Below, one piece after another: positions 21,756 through 29,442 of a stretch of 64,000 nt of DNA. The notes under the pieces were generated by a model that saw only the letters and a program-made list of their open reading frames with translations, did no database searches and was not told the DNA's origin. Where the stretch lies: positions 3,232,001 through 3,296,000 of the forward strand of contig OZ245742.1 in assembly GCA_965227295.1 (NCBI GenBank), read 5' to 3'. The position numbers and the translations under genes were made by a program. The DNA is from Leptonemataceae bacterium. GTDB taxonomy: Bacteria; Spirochaetota; Leptospiria; Leptospirales; Leptonemataceae. The first letter of the stretch is position 1. Every line of letters begins with the position of its first letter.

Positions 21756-22925
21756 ATGCTGCGTATCGTCGGCCTGTTCACCGTTCTATTCACGATCCTG
21801 CTGACCATCTTCTGGACGCGCTCCATCGATGAAGCCGCGCGCCTTACGTTCGTCTGGCGATACGATCTGCGCGCGAATACCTCCACCACCCTGCCGTCCG
21901 ATCTGCGCGGCGAACTGAACCGAAGCGGAGATGTGCCGTTCAACCTGGTGCTGTCCCGGGAATCGATTGCGGGCACCGAAGAACAGCCGCCGTCGTTCGG
22001 CGAGGCGCCGGTACTGAAGGGGCCGGGCGTCGGCGAGGTCCCGCTGGCGGAGGATCGCCGCATCTTTGTTCCTTTCCTTGCGGGCGGTTATTTTTCGTAT
22101 CAGAAAGTGGGCCGCGAGTTGATCTTTCACGGCCGGACCGGCGAAGAACTCTGGCGCAAAGAGTACAAACCGTATCCCGTCAGCGATCCCTGGGGGCGCA
22201 TCGTGTTATTGCTGACCGGCGACAACAATCGTGTGGATCTCATCGATGCGAACGGCAACGTTACCGGCGCGGGCAGTGTCTCCGGGAACTTCATGACCGA
22301 CTTCGATTTCTCGGCGGCCGGGCCGGCGGCGATTAGCTTCTCCGGAGGTGAAGTTTACGTCCTCGACGTGAGCGGCCGCATTGTTCTGAAACTCGCTCCG
22401 GAACAAAGCGCGGTTCCCATGTTCGTAAAGAGTACGGCGATTTCGCCGGACGGAAAAATCGTGGCGGTGCATTTGCTGGAGGGCGATGCGGACGTGCTGC
22501 GCGTCTTTCGCGTGCCGGAGCCGGACGACGCGGACGCCCCGCCGTCCACCGAGGCGACTCAGCTCGACGTCATCGACCTCCAGATCGCCTATCCGCATCT
22601 CCTGCACTTTTCCGTAAGTAATGCGGGGCTCTTGCTTGCGGCTCCCGATCGTACGCTCTTTCACACCTTCGATGCCGGCGAATCCTGGGTGCGCGAGCGG
22701 GAAACCGGCGCGGTCTATCGTCCCGTTTATGCCGCGACGGATTTCTTCGCGTACGGCGACGGCAACGAAGTCATCGTACTGAATCACGCCGGTCGTGAAG
22801 TTGTGCGCATCCCCGTGGATACGGCCGGCGAACACTTTCGCCTGCTGCCTGGTCCGCGGCCTTCGATCTTCGCGATCCACAGCGACGAGCGCGTCGAGAT
22901 GTACGAGTACGTCTTGCCGAATTGA
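21756..22925 (+). CDS. Membrane-anchored beta-propeller-like hypothetical protein
   Basis: N-terminal TM; repeated beta-strand units (AISPDGKIVAV, LWRKEY). Confidence 0.7.
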   Translation: MLRIVGLFTVLFTILLTIFWTRSIDEAARLTFVWRYDLRANTSTTLPSDLRGELNRSGDVPFNLVLSRESIAGTEEQPPSFGEAPVLKGPGVGEVPLAEDRRIFVPFLAGGYFSYQKVGRELIFHGRTGEELWRKEYKPYPVSDPWGRIVLLLTGDNNRVDLIDANGNVTGAGSVSGNFMTDFDFSAAGPAAISFSGGEVYVLDVSGRIVLKLAPEQSAVPMFVKSTAISPDGKIVAVHLLEGDADVLRVFRVPEPDDADAPPSTEATQLDVIDLQIAYPHLLHFSVSNAGLLLAAPDRTLFHTFDAGESWVRERETGAVYRPVYAATDFFAYGDGNEVIVLNHAGREVVRIPVDTAGEHFRLLPGPRPSIFAIHSDERVEMYEYVLPN

Positions 22926-22929
22926 GAGC

Positions 22930-24332
22930 GGGTGCGGATTCGCTTGATGATTTTTCCGAAGCGAAGACGCCGTTCCGGTCCGCCGGGCGCGCCGGCGCAC
23001 TCGCTCCGCCCCGCGGATAGAGCGGGGCTCCGGAGTGCGCCGTCGCTTGATGATTTTTCTGAAAGGAAGACGCCGTTCCGGTCCGCCTTACCACTTTCCT
23101 CTGCCTGACCTCCGCTCGTCAGCTGGAACCAGTTGTACCCATAAATGCACTAATCCAAACTGGCCTTCACTTACTTCACAATTCGGGGCGTGTGCGAACG
23201 AATAAAACGTTTCAGGTAGTTCAAGAGCCGTGTTTCGCGGCGTTTGCCGTGAGACACACAAGGTAAGTTGCGCAATGTTGAAGGGACTTTTTTTGCTACG
23301 GCTGAGCGGGAGTTGTGAATTTTCGTTTTGTTAAGAATGCTGCATTCGACCCGGACGCGGGTTTGTGGCTCAGCTACCGTTGGCGAACATCTCGACGAAG
23401 ACGCCGTTCCGGTGCGCCTTACCACGTCCCCCGGCATAACCTCCGTGGGTGGGGAACAACTGCCGCGGCCACGACAAGCGTGGCCTTGCCCCTGGAACCA
23501 GCCGTACCCATAAAAGGCTTAATGTACACTGGCCTTTACTTACACCACGATTCGGGGCGTGCGCAAACTACCCGCGCGTTTCCGGTACTTCAAGAGCTGC
23601 GGTTCGTTGCGATTGCCGTGAGAAACATGGAGTAAGTTGCGTAACGGTGGAGGGACTTTTTTTGCTACGGCTGAGCGGGAGCCTCAATCTCGCTTCGGCG
23701 AGACTGAGGGAGGCGGGACATGTCCGCCTTCAGAAACGTTGTGGATTTTCGTTTTGTAAGCAGCGAACCCGCACCCGCTCCGCCCCGCGGATAGAGCGGG
23801 GCTCCGGGGTGCGGATTCGCTGCGTGGTTTTTCCGAAGCGAAGACGCCGTTCCGGTGCGCCTTACCACATTCCCCGACATGACCTCCGTGGTCGCCTGGA
23901 ACCAGCCGTACCCATCAAAGGCTTAATATAAACTGGCCTTCACTTACTTCACAATTCGGGGCGTGTGCGAACTGCCCGGGTGTTCCCGGTAATTCAAGAG
24001 CTGCCGTTCGTTGCGCTTGCCGTGAGACACACAAGGTAAGTTGCGCAATGTTGAAGGGACTTTTTTTGCTACGGCTGAGCGGGAGTTGTGGATTTTCGTT
24101 TTGTTAAGAATGCTGCATTCGACCCGGACGCGGGTTTGCGGCTCAGCTACCGTTGGCGAACATCTCGACGAAGACGCCGTTCCGGTGCGCCTTACCACGT
24201 CCCCCGGCATAACCTCCGTGGGTGGGGAACAACTGCCGCGGCCACGACAAGCGTGGCCTTGCCCCTGGAACCAGCCGTACCCATAAAAGGCTTAATGTAC
24301 ACTGGCCTTTACTTACACCACGATTCGGGGCG
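22930..24332 (+). repeat. Tandem array of long modular repeats with nested hairpins
   Basis: Anchor GAAGACGCCGTTCCGGT at 22963, 23066, 23397, 23840, 24170; higher-order period 773-774 bp; fills the gap between two convergent genes. Confidence 0.92.
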
Positions 24333-24343
24333 CCTGCGAATGC

Positions 24344-25387
24344 TTACGGCTCGGCCTGGAAAATCGAGATGGCCCGGTTGCGCATGCCGGGTTCCGTGGG
24401 TAGAATGCCGATGATCTCGGTCTTTTCGCCGGGGGAAATGTTGAAGATCAACTGGTCCGCCTGTTCGCGGCTGATGTACAGGCCGCGGCCGTGGGTATCG
24501 ACGAGGCCCAGGGGGAGGCCGGTCTCCGGATCCGGCGTTACCTGGCGTTCGAGCCGGTACAGAATCTCCTCGCGATCCATGGTGCCGTGGTAGTCGGTAA
24601 TCGAGACGACGGCGTTGTCGCCGAGGACACCGAAGCTGACGTCGAAGGCGTCTTCGTCGGCCATGGGCTGATACTCGCCGGGAGCCGTCCCCGGTCGCGC
24701 AATGCCGGAAACACGTTCGCGTTCCCGAACCTCTTCACGGTCCCGGCGCGGCGCGTGGATCATGGCGTTGGCCGCGAGTTCTTCGAGGACCAGGCGTACC
24801 ATCGAAGGCGCTCCGCTTTCGATCAACAGATCGCCGGCCATGTCGCAGATGGCGTGGTTTTCCTCCGGCGTGGTGACGCGGCAGACGTAGAAATGATCGA
24901 CGTCCAGTTTCTCTTCCGGCAGGCGCCGGTGCAGGCGATGGATGTCCGAGATGGACAGCGGTTCGGCTACCGTGCCCGGGAAATACTGCTCAATTCCGAA
25001 GATTTCTTTCGTTAACAGTTTGCGCGCCATCACTAAGATGAATCTCAGATCCATGGCGGTGGACTTCGGGATGATGTTCCAGACCCGCTCGTTGCGCACG
25101 AAGGCGATGTAGTCGTCCACGGAGTAGGCAGTCATCAGCGCAAACTGCATGTCCGGGTGACTCTGGCGCAGCAGTTTGATCAATTGCAGGCCGCCCATGC
25201 CCGGCATGCGAATGTCGGTGATGACCAGATCGATCTTTTCGTTTTTGCAGATGCGCGCGGCCTCAAAGCCGTCGGCGGCGGCAAACGTGCGAAACTCACG
25301 CGCCAGGTAATCCTTAATGGAGTACCGGATCGATTCAATGTCGTCCACAACGAGGATCGAGTGTTTGTCCGCTGCGTCGCCGTTCAT
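24344..25387 (-). CDS. Response regulator with C-terminal HATPase-like (anti-sigma kinase-like) domain
   Basis: ILVVDD, TDIRMPGMGG, LMTAY, IPK; LEELAANAMIH, ITDYHG, HGRGLYI. Confidence 0.85.
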   Translation of the reverse strand: MNGDAADKHSILVVDDIESIRYSIKDYLAREFRTFAAADGFEAARICKNEKIDLVITDIRMPGMGGLQLIKLLRQSHPDMQFALMTAYSVDDYIAFVRNERVWNIIPKSTAMDLRFILVMARKLLTKEIFGIEQYFPGTVAEPLSISDIHRLHRRLPEEKLDVDHFYVCRVTTPEENHAICDMAGDLLIESGAPSMVRLVLEELAANAMIHAPRRDREEVRERERVSGIARPGTAPGEYQPMADEDAFDVSFGVLGDNAVVSITDYHGTMDREEILYRLERQVTPDPETGLPLGLVDTHGRGLYISREQADQLIFNISPGEKTEIIGILPTEPGMRNRAISIFQAEP

Positions 25388-25391
25388 AGTT

Positions 25392-26513
25392 TTACTGTCT
25401 TAGCCCCGTGCGGGTCAGGGGGAGCGCGATGTAGAACCTCGTCTTCCCTTCGAAGGAGCGCACGTGAATCCGGCCGTCGTGTTCGCGGACGATGCTGTGG
25501 CAGATGGTCAATCCCAGGCCGGTGCCGCGCTGGCTGCGCCCGGTATAGAAAGGTTTGAAGATGTTCTTCAAGTTCTCCGGCTGAATTCCGCCCGCGTTAT
25601 CCTCGACGATTATGTGCACGGATTTCCTGACGCGCCGTACGTCCACCCGGATATAACCGGCACCGTAGTCCAGTGCTTGAATGGAATTTCGAAAGAGGTT
25701 AATGAACAAACGTTCCACCTTTTCCGGATCGAAGGCGAAGATGATGCTCTCGCCCTCGAATTGAAATTCGGTCTGGCGCGAGAGCACCGGGTAGAGCCGT
25801 CGGGTCGTGGCCGCGGCCTTCTCCGCCGTTTGCAGGATGTCCGCTTTGGCGAGACGCAGTTGCCCGGGCCTGGAAAAACTGAGAATGTCCTGCACGATGC
25901 GCGAAGCCTGTTGCAGATCTTTCTTCAGGATGCCCATGCGCTTTTGAATTTCGCCGGCGTCCATGGCCTCCAGGTTCGCCTGAAGATTCTGAAGATTGAG
26001 CCCCATGCCGGTGAGGGGATTGTTCAGCTCGTGGGCAATCCCGCTGATCATGATGCCCAGGGCCGCCAGGTTTTCCTTGCGCAGGGCCTCTTCCTGTTTC
26101 TGGCGCCGGGCGGTGATGTCCTCGATGGTTTCGAGCATCATAATGCGCGGACTGTCGGCGCGAGAGAAGGTGATGCGCAGAGAGGCTTCTTCGCCGCCTT
26201 CCCGGCGTTGCTGGATGAGTTTTTCTACGGGACGGTCGTGGTAGAAAACGCGCTCGGCGTCGTTGAAGGCCGGGCAGTACGGGCACGGCGAGTTGCGGCC
26301 GTAGAGTATTTCGTAGCAGGATTGCTCCGTGGCCGGATCATCGCCTTCATTCGGGGCCCCCGAGTGTGTGCCGAGGTAGTTCCGACCGGCACGGTTGTAG
26401 GCGACGATGCGAAAGCCGCGGTCTACCGCGAAGAGCGGCAGCGGGAGCGCGTCGATGATCGTGCGCGAATCTTCGCTGGAAAGTTGAAGTCTGCGGATGC
26501 CGGCGTCGGCCAT
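25392..26513 (-). CDS. PAS-domain sensor histidine kinase
   Basis: AHELNNPL, NLFRNS, EDNAGG, FKPFYT, GTGLGL. Confidence 0.93.
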   Translation of the reverse strand: MADAGIRRLQLSSEDSRTIIDALPLPLFAVDRGFRIVAYNRAGRNYLGTHSGAPNEGDDPATEQSCYEILYGRNSPCPYCPAFNDAERVFYHDRPVEKLIQQRREGGEEASLRITFSRADSPRIMMLETIEDITARRQKQEEALRKENLAALGIMISGIAHELNNPLTGMGLNLQNLQANLEAMDAGEIQKRMGILKKDLQQASRIVQDILSFSRPGQLRLAKADILQTAEKAAATTRRLYPVLSRQTEFQFEGESIIFAFDPEKVERLFINLFRNSIQALDYGAGYIRVDVRRVRKSVHIIVEDNAGGIQPENLKNIFKPFYTGRSQRGTGLGLTICHSIVREHDGRIHVRSFEGKTRFYIALPLTRTGLRQ

Positions 26514-26549
26514 GACTCAGACTTGCCCGCGCGCCGGTGCAGCGCAAAT

Positions 26550-26581
26550 AAAAAAGCCGCCCTCTCCAAAGAGAAGGCGGC
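26550..26581 (-). terminator. Intrinsic terminator
   Basis: Minus strand GCCGCCTTCTC-TTTG-GAGAGGGCGGC followed by TTTTTT, downstream of the 26619-27548 gene. Confidence 0.75.
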
Positions 26582-26618
26582 CCACGGCTACAGGAAGGAG
26601 CGTTGCGGCCTTAGCGCG

Positions 26619-27548
26619 TCAGTAGTCAAGACTCTCTTCGAGAAGTTCGATGACCTCTTCGTTGTAGTCGTTGTCGCCTTTGGAAGCGTAGTTCGCCACC
26701 ATGCGATACAGACGGAAGAAGTGATCCATGAGTTTGACGTAGAACTTCTGCTTGAACCGCTTGCGGTGCGGGTTCGTGGCCGTGTTGGACATCATGCCGA
26801 GTACGGTGACTTTGGTCGGCTTCTGATTGTAGCGGTGCAGGATGACCAGATCGTCCATGGCCTGCGTATTCGGGGACGGATCCACAATGAGCTGGGTGTT
26901 CGTAACGCCCTCACGGAAGTTGTCCTCGACGATGCGGGTAAGGACGCTGTGGAGCGTCAGCAACTCGCCCTGCTTGAGTTCGCCCTCGGCTCCGTCGAAA
27001 AAGAGCGTTACGCTCTTCCGGCGGGAACCCACCACGCGACGAACACCGTCACGGTCGTTGCTGTAGATGAATGCATACTGAGTCAGCTCGACGCCTTTCT
27101 TGTCACCACCGAAGCTCGGATCCTTCGAACCTTCCTGGTTCCAGGCGCCGATTTCTTTGGCCTTCCCGATGCGCTCGTCCATCAGCGCTTTGACTTCCTG
27201 GTGAGCGCCGAAGGTATTCAGGAGGAACTCCTGATCGTTGACGACAAAGCGGATGTAGGTATTCCGCGGGGTGTACTCCACGTAGCGGAACGTGTAGTCG
27301 AAGTTGAGGGGGTCCTCTTCTTCTTTGAATTTCGTCGCACGGTCGATTTCGGTCATGCGGACGAGGAAGCCCATGGCGCGGAGGCGCTGGTAGGCGTCCT
27401 GGATATTCTTTTCCTGGTTCGCCTCGGTGGTCTGCAGGTCCGGGAACTCTTCTTTTTCCTCGGCCCGATTCACGAGGCGCGGCTGTGCGAACAGCGCGCT
27501 CATGAAAAACAGCGCTGCCAGAGCTACGACCCATTTCGTTAATTTCAT
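26619..27548 (-). CDS. Exported protein, FcpB-like (flagellar sheath family) candidate
   Basis: Signal peptide MKLTKWVVALAALFFMSALFAQ; C-terminal NT.T.PHR..FK..FY.K..D.F.RL...NY...N..Y.E....L.ESL.Y pattern recalls Leptospira FcpB (from memory, unverified). Confidence 0.55.
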   Translation of the reverse strand: MKLTKWVVALAALFFMSALFAQPRLVNRAEEKEEFPDLQTTEANQEKNIQDAYQRLRAMGFLVRMTEIDRATKFKEEEDPLNFDYTFRYVEYTPRNTYIRFVVNDQEFLLNTFGAHQEVKALMDERIGKAKEIGAWNQEGSKDPSFGGDKKGVELTQYAFIYSNDRDGVRRVVGSRRKSVTLFFDGAEGELKQGELLTLHSVLTRIVEDNFREGVTNTQLIVDPSPNTQAMDDLVILHRYNQKPTKVTVLGMMSNTATNPHRKRFKQKFYVKLMDHFFRLYRMVANYASKGDNDYNEEVIELLEESLDY

Positions 27549-27768
27549 GTCTGCCTTCCTTGCACTTATGTCCCGGGAAGGCCCGCGCCGCGGCGAGCAC
27601 AAGAACCCCGGGAAATCCTTCGATTTCTGTTCATTACATTATTGGTCGGAAACCGCCTCGAATTTAAGGTTTCCGGCCAAAAAACGCCAGTGTTTTCGAT
27701 TTTTTTAGAGGGAAAATTTTGCCGCGGCGCCCCCTCCGGGCCGCCTCCTGCGGTTCTGGGTGGGGGAT

Positions 27769-28146
27769 TCAGGGAGCCGCAGGGGCTTCTTCGGCCGGAA
27801 CGCTGTCTGCCGGCGCTTCGGTAGCGCCGGCGTCGGCCCCGCCGGGGACTGCGGAATCGCTGAAGTTCAGGCCATCGTCGGCCTCGGCCGGGTTGACGTC
27901 GATTTGCGGTCCGGAGTCCGCGAAGGCCACCGCTGCTGCCAGGGCCAGGACAAAAAAGATGCCCGCCATCCACCAGGTCGCCTTGGTAACGACGTCCATC
28001 GTAGAAGCGCCGAACGGGGTGGTGGAGCCGCCGCCGCCGAAGATTCCCACGCTGCCGCCTTTGCCGGACTGGATCATCACCAGGAAGATGAGGATCGCGC
28101 AGGCGATGAAAAAGAGAACGAGGATGAGCGTCTGGAGAATCTGCAT
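27769..28146 (-). CDS. secG: Preprotein translocase subunit SecG
   Basis: LIFLVMIQSGKGGSVGIFGGGGS...VTKATWW, two TM segments. Confidence 0.93.
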   Translation of the reverse strand: MQILQTLILVLFFIACAILIFLVMIQSGKGGSVGIFGGGGSTTPFGASTMDVVTKATWWMAGIFFVLALAAAVAFADSGPQIDVNPAEADDGLNFSDSAVPGGADAGATEAPADSVPAEEAPAAP

Positions 28147-28211
28147 TTCAGTGCCAGGTTTTCCGGCCGAATCAGGGCCGCAAGCGAGATTCGGGGTCGG
28201 TGATAGCGGGC

Positions 28212-29369
28212 TCAGTCGTCGGTGGATTCGCGCAGGGCGTCCAGGCCCGGCAGGCTCCGACCCAGTAGAAAATCCAGAGCCGCAGCGCTGTTCCCGCTGA
28301 CGTGGGCGAACTTTTCGGCCAGGCCGCTATCGTGGATGATGCGCAGGGTATCCACTCCGGCGGCCACGGTGTGGGCTTTGCTTTTGGCCAGGGCCGCGGC
28401 CAGGGAACGACTGCCCTTCTGAAAACGATCGATCTCCACCGCTCCGGCCGGTCCGTACCAGAACACGCAACCGGCCTTCCGGACGGCCTTCTCGACGGCC
28501 GCGACACTCTTCGGGCCGATGTCCAGAGCCATCCAGCGATCCGGGATGGCTCCGGCGGCCACGGTCTTCGTTTTGCCGTCTTTGGAAAAACCCTCGGCGA
28601 CGACGTGATCCACCGGCAGAAAGAATTCGGTTTCGCTGAGCTCGGCTTTTTCGATCATCTGGAAGGCCGGGACCTCCAGTTCTTTTTCTACGAAGGACGA
28701 CCCCACGGGCAGGGCGCGGGACTTCAGGAACGTGTAGGCCAGGCCGCCCGTGACGAAGATCGAATCGATCTTATCGATGAGTTTGCCGAGCAGGGCCAGC
28801 TTGCGTTCCAGTTGCACGCCACCCAGGATTAGAACGAAGGGGCGGTTCTCCCGGTTCAGGAGCGCTTGCAACGCATCGACTTCTTTATAGAGTGCAAGGC
28901 CGGAGTGGGCCGGGAGCAGTTGCGGCAACTTCGTGAGGGAGGCATAGTTTTCGGCGGAGGCACCGAAGGCATCGTTCACGAAGTGATCGGCGAGGCCGGC
29001 CAGTTTCTTCGCGACGGCCCCGTCGCCTTTGGCCTCGGCGGCACCGTAGACCCGGAAGAGGTTTTCGTACAGGCCGACGCCGCCGGCCGGAATGCTGCCG
29101 TCTTCGCTGAACTCCACATTCAGGCCCAGGGCTTCGGTGCACGCTGTCGCGAGTTCCGCAAAGCCCGGCGCCCGGTCCGGAGTTCCGGCATGGCCGGCGA
29201 TCAATACTTCCGCCCCGCGACTGCGCAGGAGTTCGACGGTGGGTTTAAGTGCATTCAGCAGCGCGGTGTTTTGTACCCGACCGCCGCCGTCCAGGACATC
29301 GGCCAGGTCGGCGCGCAGCAGGACGCGTTGATCTTTCACCTGAGCATTTTCTAACCGGGGCAGAGACAT
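28212..29369 (-). CDS. Phosphoglycerate kinase-like protein with degenerate active site
   Basis: PGK scaffold (VNDAFG, GGLAYTFLK, LPVDHVV, LDIGPKS, LPG) but substrate-binding motifs altered. Confidence 0.8.
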   Translation of the reverse strand: MSLPRLENAQVKDQRVLLRADLADVLDGGGRVQNTALLNALKPTVELLRSRGAEVLIAGHAGTPDRAPGFAELATACTEALGLNVEFSEDGSIPAGGVGLYENLFRVYGAAEAKGDGAVAKKLAGLADHFVNDAFGASAENYASLTKLPQLLPAHSGLALYKEVDALQALLNRENRPFVLILGGVQLERKLALLGKLIDKIDSIFVTGGLAYTFLKSRALPVGSSFVEKELEVPAFQMIEKAELSETEFFLPVDHVVAEGFSKDGKTKTVAAGAIPDRWMALDIGPKSVAAVEKAVRKAGCVFWYGPAGAVEIDRFQKGSRSLAAALAKSKAHTVAAGVDTLRIIHDSGLAEKFAHVSGNSAAALDFLLGRSLPGLDALRESTDD

Positions 29370-29442
29370 ATTTTCGGAAAGAGCAGCGTTTCCGAATGCA
29401 GGCATACGGGAAAGTAGTTTTTACCGATGCAGGCGGTCCGAG

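Noticed and set aside
22940..23070. Hammerhead ribozyme (CTTGATGA...GAA)
   Set aside because: The core is not CTGANGA and I could not build the three required stems; a covariance-model search would settle it.
22930..24332. CRISPR array
   Set aside because: Units are 330-440 bp with homologous rather than unique intervening sequence, and no cas genes are present.
23171..24414. Duplicated small ORFs in the array (88, 106, 108, 160 aa)
   Set aside because: They are by-products of the DNA repeat; frames are broken by indels in other units and no protein motif is recognisable.
25464..27542. 692-aa plus-strand ORF
   Set aside because: Antisense shadow of the histidine kinase and FcpB-like genes.
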